In this document: positions 53,689-63,842 of the stretch, piece after piece
Layout of the letters: each line of letters opens with the position of its first letter
How positions within the stretch are numbered: the stretch's first letter is position 1
DNA from: an uncultured Actinomycetes bacterium
GTDB taxonomy: Bacteria; Actinomycetota; Acidimicrobiia; Spongiisociales; DATADW01
Direction: 5' to 3'
Length of the DNA stretch: 64,000 nt
NCBI GenBank assembly: GCA_963824995.1
Contig: CAWGRK010000007.1
Coordinates: 62,001 to 126,000, forward strand
The notes under the pieces: generated by a model
Told to the model about the DNA's origin: nothing
Database searches by the model: none
Seen by the model: only the letters and a program-made list of their open reading frames with translations
Made by a program: the position numbers and the translations under genes

Positions 53689-54618
53689 ATGGAGTGGTCC
53701 CTGCTCGTGGCCGTCGTCCTGGTCTTCGTCGCCGTCGCCGCCCTGGGGGTATGGATCGGGGGTGGCGTGGTCCGGGCCCGCGCTACGTCGACCACGAGCC
53801 GGCTGGCGGTCTACGGGCGAGCGAGCCTGCGTGACGGGTCCCTGCGTGAGCATTCCTTGCGCCGTCCCATGGTCGAGCGAGCAATCGCTCCGATCTTCCT
53901 TGGTGCCGGCCGAGCATTTGGCCGTTTCACCCCCGCGGGATTCGCCCGGCGGACACAGCGCAAGCTCATGCTGGCGGGGATAAGCCGCAGCATGGACCCC
54001 AACGGCTGGGTAGTTGTCAAGATCCTCTCGATCCTGGTTGGCGTCCTGTTCGCTGTCTGGGCCTTGAACCAGGTCGACGGACTCATCCGCTATCTGCTGG
54101 CAGGCTTGGCGCTACTTGCCGGGATCCTGCTCCCAGATGCCTGGCTGCAACGGCGCATCGAGGAGCGACGGGTGGCGATGCGCAACACGCTGCCCGATGT
54201 GCTGGATCTGCTCGTGATCAGCGTCGAGGCCGGTCTCGGGTTCGATTCAGCGCTTGCTCGAGTGGTCGCCACGGTCCCAGGCCCGCTTTCCGAGGAGTTC
54301 TTCCGGATGCTCCAGGAGACCCGGGTCGGTGTCAGCCGGCGCGACGCCATGCGACACCTCCTCGACCGAACCGATGTAGACGAGTTGAGGTCGTTCCTCC
54401 TGGCCATGCTCCAAGCAGAGGCATTCGGTGTCTCAATTGCCCGCGTTCTTCGCATCCAGGCGGACGAGATCCGAGGCAAGCGGAGACAGAGGGCTCAGGA
54501 AAAGGCATTCGGTGCGCCGGTCAAGATGGTGTTCCCACTGGTCATATGCATCTTCCCGTCGCTGCTGGTCATTCTGCTGGGCCCCGCCCTACTCAACATC
54601 ACCGAGGCGCTCGGATAG
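53689..54618 (+). CDS. tadC: TadC (T2SS F-family) protein
   Basis: LPDVLDLLVISVEAGLGFD, QAEAFG and KMVFPL motifs. Confidence 0.9.
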   Translation: MEWSLLVAVVLVFVAVAALGVWIGGGVVRARATSTTSRLAVYGRASLRDGSLREHSLRRPMVERAIAPIFLGAGRAFGRFTPAGFARRTQRKLMLAGISRSMDPNGWVVVKILSILVGVLFAVWALNQVDGLIRYLLAGLALLAGILLPDAWLQRRIEERRVAMRNTLPDVLDLLVISVEAGLGFDSALARVVATVPGPLSEEFFRMLQETRVGVSRRDAMRHLLDRTDVDELRSFLLAMLQAEAFGVSIARVLRIQADEIRGKRRQRAQEKAFGAPVKMVFPLVICIFPSLLVILLGPALLNITEALG

Positions 54619-54662
54619 GAGTCGACCATGCTTCTTCGTTTGGTGGGCTGGGCCATATAGCA

Positions 54663-54692
54663 ATCAGCCGGGCCTGCAAGGCCCGGCTGATA
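54663..54692. terminator. bidirectional hairpin between convergent tadC and flp
   Basis: atcagccgggcc-tgcaa-ggcccggctgat. Confidence 0.75.
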
Positions 54693-54717
54693 ATCCCGTA
54701 CGCAGTACGGAGTCTTC

Positions 54718-54928
54718 TCAAACGTTCGGATCGACCGCCCGGCTCCTTCGAGAGTACCGTCGCTGCGTTGCCGAACTGAAGGTTGAGAGCGTCCGCCAGG
54801 AGTGTCATCCCGGCGATTGCGACGATTGCGATCACCACAACCAACAGGGCGTACTCCACCAGGCTGGCACCGAGATCGCTGTCCTTAAACCTGACCCACG
54901 CTGCTATCAGATTCGCCCAAATTGCCAC
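54718..54928 (-). CDS. flp: Flp family type IVb pilin
   Basis: G/ASLVEYALL processing motif plus hydrophobic helix; gaggagg RBS. As written the frame runs to 54599 through the terminator; one extra base near 54740 would give a stop at 54718. Confidence 0.88.
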
Positions 54929-54957
54929 GCAAACCTCCTCTGACTCCAGTTCCGGTC

Positions 54958-55003
54958 ACCGTATCATCGCTGCCAGCCGTACGACATAGGTCGCCCGACC
55001 TAT
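54958..55003 (-). promoter_or_regulatory. flp promoter with 8-2-8 palindromic operator
   Basis: ATAGGTCG-cc-CGACCTAT at 54986-55003; extended -10 TGaTACGGT on the minus strand at 54966-54958. Confidence 0.55.
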
Positions 55004-55012
55004 ATCCGACCG

Positions 55013-55648
55013 TCAATCGTCCCCAGAGACGATCCCCAACCTTATGGCCTCAACTGCCGCTTGGGCCCGGTCGCTGACTCCCAACTTGGCGTAGATGTTG
55101 GCGAGGTGGTTTTTCACCGTCTTCTGAGAGATGAAGAGGTCTTCCGCCATCTCGTCGGTGGCGGTGACCCCCTTCGCCAGAAGTCGCAGCAGGTCCCTCT
55201 CCCGATCGGTGAGTGCCGCCGCTCCAGGGTCGAGTCGCGCTTTTCGGTGCCGGTCGAGTACGGCGGGGAGAGTGGCAGCGTCGTCCAGCGCCTCGCCCGC
55301 CTCGACAGCCCTGATCGCCGCTGCAAGATCGCTCAGAGGCACACCCTTGGAGAGGAACCCCATGGCACCCGCCTCCATCGCAGCCCTTCTGTCGCCATCG
55401 GCGGCGTGCATCGAAACGACCAGCGTCGGAGGTGGTGCATCGAGACGATCCAGGACCTCGATCCCAGTGGCGCCCGGCATGTCGATGTCGAGCAACAGGA
55501 CGTCCGGGCGACGGTTGGCGAGAAGCTCCATGAGGGCTTCACCGTCGCCAACTCGGCCAACCACTCGCATATCGGGCAGTGCATTGAGAGCCTGAGTCAC
55601 CCCGTCCACGAAGAGCTGGTGGTCATCGGCCACGATTATTTCGATCAC
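55013..55648 (-). CDS. NarL/LuxR family response regulator
   Basis: VADDH, LLDIDMP, GFLSK and LTDRE...LFISQKTVKNHLANIYAKLGV motifs. Confidence 0.95.
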   Translation of the reverse strand: MIEIIVADDHQLFVDGVTQALNALPDMRVVGRVGDGEALMELLANRRPDVLLLDIDMPGATGIEVLDRLDAPPPTLVVSMHAADGDRRAAMEAGAMGFLSKGVPLSDLAAAIRAVEAGEALDDAATLPAVLDRHRKARLDPGAAALTDRERDLLRLLAKGVTATDEMAEDLFISQKTVKNHLANIYAKLGVSDRAQAAVEAIRLGIVSGDD

Positions 55649-57186
55649 TGCGCTCCACCCCAGCTCAGCCGGACCATCGTTCCCATTGGACCGCTCTCGA
55701 CTTCGAGACGGCCTTCCATTCGGCCCGCCCTCTCCCGCATCCCCATCAACCCGTAGTGACCTTCCGGCACTGCGTCGACATCGAATCCCCGTCCGCCATC
55801 GCTGACATGAACCCAGCCGCGCTCGAAATCGACATCGCCCTCGACACGGATCTTCTCGGACCCCGAGTGGATCATTGCGTTGCGAATCGCCTCGGTGACG
55901 ATGGCGGCGACGTCGTCTGCAATGGCGGGGCGCGGTGGCCGGTTCTCCCTCAGATCCACCACGACGTCGGTGCCGTTCACCGCCCTGGCCGCCGCTTTGA
56001 GCACCGCCTGGCTGAGACTCTCGGTGCCCGTGCTACGCAGGTCGGCGACGGTCGCCCTCACCTCCTCGACCAGCATCGACACGTCGGAGCGGAGCCGCGC
56101 AAGATTGCCGGCCAGCGCCGGACTCTCAATCCCCTGGACCATCGCGACGTCCAAGGCGAGGCCCAGGGACGCCAGCGACGGACCGATCTCGTCGTGGAGC
56201 TCTCGCGCCAACCGAACCCGTTCTTCCTTGATCGCGTTACGGGCGATCTCCTGAAGCAGAAGCACATTCGAGAAGCCCATAGCGAGCGGTCGCAGCAGCT
56301 CGGTTACCTGTTCGAGCTCTTCTTCGGTCAGTTCGTCATCTGTAGCGAGCAATACCTCTCCGACCGACGGCCCGCCCAGGGCGAGCGATATCGTGGTCTC
56401 GGCAGTTGCCGTCCAATCAGGGACTCGTCGTGCCACTACTACGGGACCTTCACCTCCATTCAGGGATACGACGGCTCCCCGCACCCCAAGCGAGTCCTCG
56501 AGTGTCTCCAGTGTGGATGCCGCCATCGAGATCGGACTCAGCGACGACGCATCGGTGACGGTGGCCAGCTCAGTGAGGAGGCGATTGGTGTCGTCGAGCC
56601 TCTGCAGCCGTCTTTCCGTCTCCTCGGACGCCGTGGCGTATGCCTGTGTCTGCTGCTCCTGATCGATCAGCAGCCGGCGGGCGTAGGAGAAGGCGGCTGC
56701 CACCATCAGGTAGAGCGCCGACCACTGTGCCACCGAGATCCATTGCTCTAGCTGAGGCGCCTGGTCGACGCTCACCTCACCGGTGAGCAGACCGACTGCC
56801 ACCAGCGAGAGCGAAGAAAGCAATGCCGTGGTGATCCCGAGGCGGATCCCCGCAGTCGTGGCAGCGAGGAGCGACGGGCCGACCGACAGCAACAGGTAAG
56901 GGCTGTTCAGCCCGCCACTCAGTCCGACGGCGCCCATGACCAGACCGACTCCGAGTAGCGCCGCCAACTCACGCACAAGAGGCCGTTGGAGTATGTAACC
57001 CGGGATGACGGCAACACCCGCCACGTACACAGCCGCCGTTGCGGCGGCCGCATACGTCATGATCATGTTTTCGGGAGTGTCAGGAGTTGCGAAGTCGAAG
57101 CCCATGCCGATGAGTAGGGCGAGCCCGAGGATGCTCCGTGCGAGCGTGATGCTCCGGCCACGCCAGGTGTCGGCGACTGTGACCAT
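55645..57186 (-). CDS. membrane sensor histidine kinase (HisKA_3 type)
   Basis: About 6 TM segments, GAF-like linker, ERVRLARELHD, EAIRNAMIHS, DGGRGF and GLMGMRER motifs. Confidence 0.93.
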   Translation of the reverse strand: MVTVADTWRGRSITLARSILGLALLIGMGFDFATPDTPENMIMTYAAAATAAVYVAGVAVIPGYILQRPLVRELAALLGVGLVMGAVGLSGGLNSPYLLLSVGPSLLAATTAGIRLGITTALLSSLSLVAVGLLTGEVSVDQAPQLEQWISVAQWSALYLMVAAAFSYARRLLIDQEQQTQAYATASEETERRLQRLDDTNRLLTELATVTDASSLSPISMAASTLETLEDSLGVRGAVVSLNGGEGPVVVARRVPDWTATAETTISLALGGPSVGEVLLATDDELTEEELEQVTELLRPLAMGFSNVLLLQEIARNAIKEERVRLARELHDEIGPSLASLGLALDVAMVQGIESPALAGNLARLRSDVSMLVEEVRATVADLRSTGTESLSQAVLKAAARAVNGTDVVVDLRENRPPRPAIADDVAAIVTEAIRNAMIHSGSEKIRVEGDVDFERGWVHVSDGGRGFDVDAVPEGHYGLMGMRERAGRMEGRLEVESGPMGTMVRLSWGGAQ

Positions 57187-57210
57187 GGGGTCAGGCTACA
57201 GTCCGCGGCG

Positions 57211-57786
57211 GTGGGCCTGAGGATCAGGATCCTTCTGAGTGGCGGCATCGGGTCGGGAAAGAGCACCGTCGGCCGGCTCCTGGCAGGCCGCGCTATGCAG
57301 GTGATCGACGCCGACCTGGTGGGTCACGAGGTGCTGGGGTCAGGCGGTGGTGCCGCCGAGGCGGTGGCAAGCCAGTGGCCCCATGCACTATCCGACGGCC
57401 AAATCGATCGGGCCAAGCTGGCGGCGATCGTCTTCCACAACGCCGACGAGCTTGAGACCCTCGAGTCGGTGACCCATCCCGTCATCAAGAACCGGATCGA
57501 GCAGATGATTGGCGATGGCGACGTAGTCGTTGAAGTGCCGCTGCTCACCGACTTCATGGGTGACGGCTGGACGAGAGTCGTTGTCGACGCCCCACTCGGG
57601 ACCCGGATGCAACGCCTCCTCCTCCGCGGCATGTCCCTCCCAGACATCGAACGCCGAATGGCATCGCAACCCTCTCCGGAAGAATGGCTCGCCTGGGCCG
57701 ACCACGTCCTCACCAACGACTCCACGGAAGCCGCTTTGGCAGCCCACGTCGACGACCTCATAGCCCTGTTGCGCACAGATCACTAA
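57211..57786 (+). CDS. coaE: dephospho-CoA kinase
   Basis: [29 protein letters not shown] and EVPLL motifs. Confidence 0.93.
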   Translation: MGLRIRILLSGGIGSGKSTVGRLLAGRAMQVIDADLVGHEVLGSGGGAAEAVASQWPHALSDGQIDRAKLAAIVFHNADELETLESVTHPVIKNRIEQMIGDGDVVVEVPLLTDFMGDGWTRVVVDAPLGTRMQRLLLRGMSLPDIERRMASQPSPEEWLAWADHVLTNDSTEAALAAHVDDLIALLRTDH

Positions 57787-57799
57787 CAGTTCGCTCTGG

Positions 57800-57822
57800 C
57801 TGCCGTCCGCCGTCCGCCGTCT
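57800..57822. repeat. heptamer tandem repeat (CCGCCGT)n
   Basis: ctgccgt-ccgccgt-ccgccgt; reverse-complement family of the array at 24742. Confidence 0.6.
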
Positions 57823-57835
57823 CGCTTTCTCACAA

Positions 57836-57860
57836 GCTTGTCATTCGCCCCCGGTATCCT
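57836..57860 (+). promoter_or_regulatory. RecA-NDp/PafBC-like promoter of uvrB
   Basis: TGTCAT-N10-TATCCT. Confidence 0.65.
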
Positions 57861-57866
57861 CCGGTG

Positions 57867-59879
57867 GTGCCGCAGTTCACCGTCCACTCGGAGTTCAAAC
57901 CCGCCGGCGATCAGCCCAAGGCGATCGAGGAACTGGCGGAGGGGATCAACCGGGGCGATCAGTTCCAGACGCTGCTCGGGATCACCGGGTCGGGGAAGTC
58001 GGCCACCATCGCTTGGACCATCGAGGCGGTGCAGCGCCCCACGCTCGTGATTGCACCGAACAAGGCGCTGGCGGCGCAGTTGGCCAACGAGTTCCGCCAG
58101 TTCTTCCCGGAGAACCGGGTGGAGTACTTCGTCTCCTATTACGACTACTACCAGCCCGAGGCGTATATCCCCCAGACCGATACCTACATAGAGAAGGACG
58201 CCACGATCAACGACGAGATCGACCGGCTTCGCCACGCCGCCACGTCGGGGCTGTTGGTGCGGGACGACATGATCATCGTGGCCTCGGTCTCGTGCATATA
58301 TGGCCTCGGCTCGCCCGAGCAGTATTCCGGTCAGCTTCTCCGTCTGGTCCAGGGCGTCGACTACCCGATGCAGGCGGCGATCAGGCGGCTGGTGGACATC
58401 GATTATCAGCGGAACGAGATCGCCCTCACCCGGGGGCGGTTCCGGGTCAGAGGGGACACCCTCGACGTGTTCCCCTCGTACGAGGAAACCGTGGTCAGGG
58501 TCGAGTACTTCGGCGACACCGTGGATCGGATGCTGCGGATGGACCCGGTAACCGGCGAGGTGGTCGAGGAACTGAAGGAGATGTTCGTTTTCCCCGCATC
58601 GCACTATGTCACCGCCAGGGAGCGGATGGAGAAGGCGATCGTGGGGATCGAGGCCGAGCTCGGCGAGCGGCTCGCCGAGTTGGATAGGGCCGGGAAGCTC
58701 CTCGAGGCGCAGCGGCTCCGGATGCGCACCAACTACGACCTCGAGATGCTGCGCGAGGTGGGAAGCTGCTCGGGGATCGAGAACTACAGCCGCTATCTCG
58801 ACGGCCGATCCGCCGGCGAGGCCCCGTACACCCTCCTCGACTACTTCCCCAAGAACTACGTCACCGTGATCGACGAGAGCCACGTGACCATCCCCCAGAT
58901 CGGCGGCCAGTACGAGGGGGACCGCAGCCGCAAGGAGATGCTCGTCGAGCACGGGTTCCGCCTCCCATCTGCGATGGACAACCGGCCACTCCGCTTCGAC
59001 GAGTGGCTGGAGCGGGCCAACCAGGTGGTGTTCCTCTCGGCAACGCCGGGACCGTTCGAGTTGCGCCAGACCCCGACGGTGGTGGAGCAGATCGTCCGGC
59101 CCACCGGTCTGGTCGATCCGGAGGTCGTGGTCCGTCCCACCAAGGGACAGATCGACGACCTGCTCCACGAGATCAAGGAACGGGCGGCGAATGATCAGCG
59201 GGTACTGGTTACGACGCTGACCAAGAAGATGGCCGAGGACCTCACCGACTACCTGCTCGACATGGGGGTGAGGGCCCGCTACCTCCACTCCGAGATCGAC
59301 ACCCTGGAGCGGGTCCAGATCCTCCGCGAACTGAGGTTGGGCGATTTCGACGTCCTGGTCGGGATCAATCTCCTGCGGGAGGGCCTCGACCTTCCCGAGG
59401 TCTCGCTGGTGGCGATCCTCGACGCCGACAAGGAGGGCTTTCTCCGCTCCGAAACGAGCCTCATCCAGATCATCGGCCGGGCGGCGCGCAACGTCGAAGG
59501 ACAGGTCCTCATGTACGCCGACAAGGTGACCGACTCGATGCAGCGCGCCATCAACGAGACCAACCGACGTCGCCATCTCCAGGAGATCTACAACGAGGAA
59601 CACGGGATCGACCCGCAGACCATCCGCAAGCGGGTGTCGGACATACTCGAGCTGCTCCAGTCGAACCAGGCCCCGGCTGCGGAGCGCAGGCGCCGGGAGG
59701 TAGACGTCCGGCGCACCCTAGATCTCGCCGGCGACGACCTGGCCCGTTTGATCCTCAGCCTCGAGGAGGAGATGCACGAGGCGGCCAAGGACCTCCGCTT
59801 CGAGTACGCCGCCCGGCTGCGCGACGAGGTAAACGAACTACGCCGCGAGATGAGGGACGCCGCCGAGGCGACGAGGTAG
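57867..59879 (+). CDS. uvrB: excinuclease ABC subunit B
   Basis: [28 protein letters not shown] and GRAARN motifs plus UVR domain. Confidence 0.98.
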   Translation: MPQFTVHSEFKPAGDQPKAIEELAEGINRGDQFQTLLGITGSGKSATIAWTIEAVQRPTLVIAPNKALAAQLANEFRQFFPENRVEYFVSYYDYYQPEAYIPQTDTYIEKDATINDEIDRLRHAATSGLLVRDDMIIVASVSCIYGLGSPEQYSGQLLRLVQGVDYPMQAAIRRLVDIDYQRNEIALTRGRFRVRGDTLDVFPSYEETVVRVEYFGDTVDRMLRMDPVTGEVVEELKEMFVFPASHYVTARERMEKAIVGIEAELGERLAELDRAGKLLEAQRLRMRTNYDLEMLREVGSCSGIENYSRYLDGRSAGEAPYTLLDYFPKNYVTVIDESHVTIPQIGGQYEGDRSRKEMLVEHGFRLPSAMDNRPLRFDEWLERANQVVFLSATPGPFELRQTPTVVEQIVRPTGLVDPEVVVRPTKGQIDDLLHEIKERAANDQRVLVTTLTKKMAEDLTDYLLDMGVRARYLHSEIDTLERVQILRELRLGDFDVLVGINLLREGLDLPEVSLVAILDADKEGFLRSETSLIQIIGRAARNVEGQVLMYADKVTDSMQRAINETNRRRHLQEIYNEEHGIDPQTIRKRVSDILELLQSNQAPAAERRRREVDVRRTLDLAGDDLARLILSLEEEMHEAAKDLRFEYAARLRDEVNELRREMRDAAEATR

Positions 59880-59946
59880 CCGGCAGAGTCGCAGCAACGG
59901 CCGAAACCCGAGACCCGATCACCCCGGCTGTAACCTCCCGACCAGC

Positions 59947-60873
59947 GTGACCTCGTCTTCACCACCCGAGCTCGATGTCAGCATCGTGCTCCCCGTTTTC
60001 AACGAGTCGGAGAACATCGACGACGAGCTGGAGAGGATCCACAAGTCGATGGATGCCTCGGGCCTCACCTATGAAGTGATCGTGGTCGATGACGGTTCGA
60101 GCGATGGCTCCGCCGACCGACTTATCGGACGTGAAGACATCAGGTTGATCCGGTTCGGCCAGAACCGGGGGACCGGTTCCGCCAGGAAGTTCGGGTCGAT
60201 GAGCGCGCACGGCCGGGTGGTGGTGTGGACCGACGTCGATCTGACCTACCCCAACGACCAGATCCCCGAGTTGGTCGGCGAATTGGATGGGTGGGACCAG
60301 GTGGTCGGAGCCCGGACGTCGGAGCAGGGGACCGTCCGGTTCCTGCGCGCCCCGGCCAAGTGGTTCATCCGCAAGCTGGCGGGATACCTCACCGGAGTGC
60401 GGATACCCGATCTCAACTCGGGTTTCCGCGCCTTCCGGCGCGACGTCGGCGCCCAGTTCTACTACCTGCTGCCCCGCGGGTTCTCCTGCGTGACCACGCT
60501 CACCATGGCTTTTCTCACCAACGGCTACTCGGTCCGCTACGTCCCCATCGATTACTTCCCTCGAAGGGGGGAGTCCAAGTTCCACTGGTGGGCGGACACC
60601 AGGCGGTATCTGCTCCAGGTCGTCCGGATGGTGCTGCTCTACGAACCGCTAAGGATATTTGGCCCACCGGCGGCGGTGCTCGGGATCGTCGGCCTCGGAA
60701 AACTGGTCTACGACCTGGTCACCAAGGACTTCAGGGTGGCGGGGAACACCTTCGTGTTGCTCGGCATCGCAGCTCTCTTGGCCTTGGTCGGTCTGCTCGC
60801 CGACCTGCTCGTCCAGATCAACAAGCGGCGCCACGACGTGATGCCGGCCACCCTGGACGAGCCAACCGTTTGA
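59947..60873 (+). CDS. glycosyltransferase family 2 (polyprenol-phosphate sugar transferase-like)
   Basis: IVLPVFNE, VDDGSSD, DVD and DLNSGFR motifs; two C-terminal TM segments. Confidence 0.9.
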   Translation: MTSSSPPELDVSIVLPVFNESENIDDELERIHKSMDASGLTYEVIVVDDGSSDGSADRLIGREDIRLIRFGQNRGTGSARKFGSMSAHGRVVVWTDVDLTYPNDQIPELVGELDGWDQVVGARTSEQGTVRFLRAPAKWFIRKLAGYLTGVRIPDLNSGFRAFRRDVGAQFYYLLPRGFSCVTTLTMAFLTNGYSVRYVPIDYFPRRGESKFHWWADTRRYLLQVVRMVLLYEPLRIFGPPAAVLGIVGLGKLVYDLVTKDFRVAGNTFVLLGIAALLALVGLLADLLVQINKRRHDVMPATLDEPTV

Positions 60874-60909
60874 CGGGGACTCGCGAATAGTCGCAAAAGC
60901 TGCCTACAC

Positions 60910-60934
60910 GCTTGTCATTTCCACCCGGTAACCT
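60910..60934 (+). promoter_or_regulatory. RecA-NDp/PafBC-like promoter of uvrA
   Basis: TGTCAT-N10-TAACCT. Confidence 0.65.
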
Positions 60935-60943
60935 CGGGCGCCG

Positions 60944-63811
60944 ATGTCCACCGACCAGCTCATCATCCGGGGAGCCCGCGAGCACAACCTCCAGAACGTC
61001 TCGCTGGAGTTGCCGCGCGACCGGTTGATCGTGTTCACCGGGATCTCTGGTTCGGGGAAGTCGAGCCTCGCCTTCGACACCATTTATGCCGAAGGTCAGC
61101 GGCGCTACGTGGAGAGCCTCTCGGCGTACGCCCGCCAGTTCCTCGGCCAGATGGACAAGCCGGACGTCGACTTCATCGAGGGACTGTCGCCGGCGATCTC
61201 GATCGACCAGAAGACGGCAAGTCGCAACCCCCGCTCCACCGTGGGGACGGTCACCGAGATCCACGACTATCTACGGCTGCTGTACGCCCGGATCGGGATC
61301 CCACACTGCCCGAAGTGCGGCAGGGAGGTGGCCAGACAGACCCCGCAGCAGATCGTCGACCGCGTGCTCGAGCTTCCCGAGGGGACCCGCTTCATGGTCC
61401 TGGCTCCCGTGGTGCGGGGGCGCAAGGGCGAATACGAGGCCCTCCTCGCAGATCTCGCCAAGGACGGATTCAGCCGGGCGCGCATCGATGGCGAGATCCG
61501 CGAGCTCACCGAGGAGATCAAGCTCGACCGCTATGTCCAGCACACCATCGAGGTGGTGGTGGACCGGTTGGTACGGCGCGAAGGGATCGAGCGCCGCCTC
61601 TCCGACTCGCTGGAGACGGCGCTCCACATCGCCGAGGGCGTGGCCAAGGTGGAGGTGGTCGAGGGTCCCACCTTGACCTTCAGCCAGCATCTCGCTTGCT
61701 CATACGACGGCACGTCGTTCGAGGAACTGCAGCCGAGGAATTTCTCCTTCAACAGCCCGTACGGCGCCTGCCAGGTCTGTCTCGGCATCGGTACCCAGTT
61801 TCAGGTAGACCCCGACCTGGTTATACCCGACCCCGATCTATCGATCGCCGGCGGTGCGGTCATCCCATGGGCGGGGTCGAAGGGCCGCTACTTCCAACGC
61901 CTCCTCGAGGGGGTCGCATCGACTCTCAAGTTCGACATCGACCAGCCATGGGGCAAGCTCCCCCTTCGGGTCAGGCGGGCGGTGCTCGAAGGGACCGGCG
62001 ACCGGCCGATCAAGGTCTCCTACACGAACCGGTTCGGCAGACGACGCGAGTACACCACCAGCTACGAGGGTGTGCTTCCTTTCCTCCGTCGCCGCCACTC
62101 GGACGCGGAGAGCGATTCCGCCCGCGAGTACTACCAGGAGTACATGCGCGAGGTCCCGTGCGACGCTTGTGAGGGGGCCCGGCTCAACCCGATCGCCCTG
62201 GCGGTGACTGTCGGCGGGACAAACATCCACCACGTGTCCACGCTCTCTTTGAGCGCAACGGCACAGTTCTTCGACGAACTCGAACTCGACGAGCGGCAAC
62301 GCCACATCGCCGAGCGGGTGCTCAAGGAGATACGGGCCCGCCTCCAGTTCCTGCTCGACGTCGGGTTGGAGTACCTGTCGCTCGCCAGGGGAGCCACCAC
62401 GCTTGCCGGTGGCGAGGCGCAGCGGATCCGACTCGCCACCCAGATCGGGTCGGGTCTGGTGGGAGTGCTCTACATCCTCGACGAGCCGTCGATCGGGTTG
62501 CACCAGCGCGACAACCAGCGGCTCATCGAGACCCTGGTCCGATTGCGCGACATGGGGAACACGCTGATCGTGGTCGAGCACGATGAGGACACCATCCGCA
62601 TCGCCGATCACATCGTGGACATCGGTCCCGGCGCCGGGGAGCACGGTGGTCGGATCGTGGCCGAGGGAAGCCTCGAAGACCTCGTCAACGAACCGGAATC
62701 GATCACCGGCGACTACCTGTCGGGGCGGCGCTCCATCCCGACGCCGCCGACACGCCGCATCGGGATCGGCGGCTCGCTCACCGTGGTGGGTGCCACGGAG
62801 AACAACCTCAAGGGAATGGACGTGGAGTTCCCGTTGGGGATGCTGGTGGCGGTGACCGGAGTCTCGGGGAGCGGGAAGTCGTCATTGGTGAACGACATCC
62901 TCTCCAAGGCCCTCCACCACCGCCTCCACCGTGCCCGGGACCTCCCCGGACGACACCGCCGGATCTTGGGAGTGGAGCGGCTCGACAAGGTGATCGACAT
63001 CGATCAGTCGCCGATCGGCCGGACCCCCCGGTCGAACCCGGCCACCTACACCGGCGTCTTCGACCAGGTACGCAGTCTGTTCGCCTCCACGCCCGAGGCC
63101 CGGGCACGGGGTTATCTGCCCGGCCGGTTCTCCTTCAACGTCAAGGGTGGGCGGTGTGAGGCGTGCATGGGCGACGGGACGATCAAGATCGAGATGCACT
63201 TCCTTCCCGACGTCTATGTGCCGTGCGAGGTGTGCGGAGGAAAGCGGTACAACCGCGACACCCTCCAGATCCTGTGGAAGGGCCACACCATCGCCGAGGT
63301 CCTGGCGATGTCGGTCGAGGAGGCACTGGGGTTCTTCGAGAACCAGCCGAAAATCGTGCGAATCCTCCAGACCATCTATGACGTCGGATTGGGCTACATC
63401 CGATTGGGCCAGCCAGCCACCACGCTTTCGGGTGGGGAGGCGCAGCGGATCAAGCTCGCCAGCGAGTTGGGGCGGCGGTCCACCGGCCGGACCTTCTACA
63501 TACTCGATGAACCCACCACCGGGCTGCACTTCGAGGACATCCGCAAGTTGCTGGGCGTTCTGCAGCGACTGGTCGATGCCGGGAACACGGTGGTGGTCAT
63601 CGAGCACAATCTCGATGTGGTCAAGTCGGCCGACTGGGTGATCGACCTCGGTCCCGAGGGCGGCGATGAGGGTGGCAATGTGGTGGCGGTCGGCACCCCC
63701 GAGCAGATCGGCGAGGTGCCCGACAGCTATACCGGCAAATTCCTCCGCGACGTGCTGGGGGACGCCCGGGGCCACACCGATCGCCAACCCAAGGTCGTCG
63801 CCGGGGTCTAG
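60944..63811 (+). CDS. uvrA: excinuclease ABC subunit A
   Basis: GAREHNL, two GxSGSGKSS Walker A motifs, zinc fingers, LSGGEAQR. Confidence 0.98.
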   Translation: MSTDQLIIRGAREHNLQNVSLELPRDRLIVFTGISGSGKSSLAFDTIYAEGQRRYVESLSAYARQFLGQMDKPDVDFIEGLSPAISIDQKTASRNPRSTVGTVTEIHDYLRLLYARIGIPHCPKCGREVARQTPQQIVDRVLELPEGTRFMVLAPVVRGRKGEYEALLADLAKDGFSRARIDGEIRELTEEIKLDRYVQHTIEVVVDRLVRREGIERRLSDSLETALHIAEGVAKVEVVEGPTLTFSQHLACSYDGTSFEELQPRNFSFNSPYGACQVCLGIGTQFQVDPDLVIPDPDLSIAGGAVIPWAGSKGRYFQRLLEGVASTLKFDIDQPWGKLPLRVRRAVLEGTGDRPIKVSYTNRFGRRREYTTSYEGVLPFLRRRHSDAESDSAREYYQEYMREVPCDACEGARLNPIALAVTVGGTNIHHVSTLSLSATAQFFDELELDERQRHIAERVLKEIRARLQFLLDVGLEYLSLARGATTLAGGEAQRIRLATQIGSGLVGVLYILDEPSIGLHQRDNQRLIETLVRLRDMGNTLIVVEHDEDTIRIADHIVDIGPGAGEHGGRIVAEGSLEDLVNEPESITGDYLSGRRSIPTPPTRRIGIGGSLTVVGATENNLKGMDVEFPLGMLVAVTGVSGSGKSSLVNDILSKALHHRLHRARDLPGRHRRILGVERLDKVIDIDQSPIGRTPRSNPATYTGVFDQVRSLFASTPEARARGYLPGRFSFNVKGGRCEACMGDGTIKIEMHFLPDVYVPCEVCGGKRYNRDTLQILWKGHTIAEVLAMSVEEALGFFENQPKIVRILQTIYDVGLGYIRLGQPATTLSGGEAQRIKLASELGRRSTGRTFYILDEPTTGLHFEDIRKLLGVLQRLVDAGNTVVVIEHNLDVVKSADWVIDLGPEGGDEGGNVVAVGTPEQIGEVPDSYTGKFLRDVLGDARGHTDRQPKVVAGV

Positions 63812-63842
63812 CCCCCGGCATCGCATCGAGCGCCGCCGGCCC

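Noticed and set aside
54599..54717. Unusual 109-aa Flp pilin with C-terminal extension
   Set aside because: The extension runs through the terminator hairpin into tadC; one indel gives a normal-length pilin
11940..57822. CRISPR array interpretation of the short repeats
   Set aside because: Units are 7 bp and contiguous with no spacers, and there are no cas genes
57783..59603. Long antisense ORFs (for example 606 aa opposite uvrB; others opposite rpsA, polA and dnaE)
   Set aside because: Typical shadow ORFs of high-GC codon bias, with no motifs
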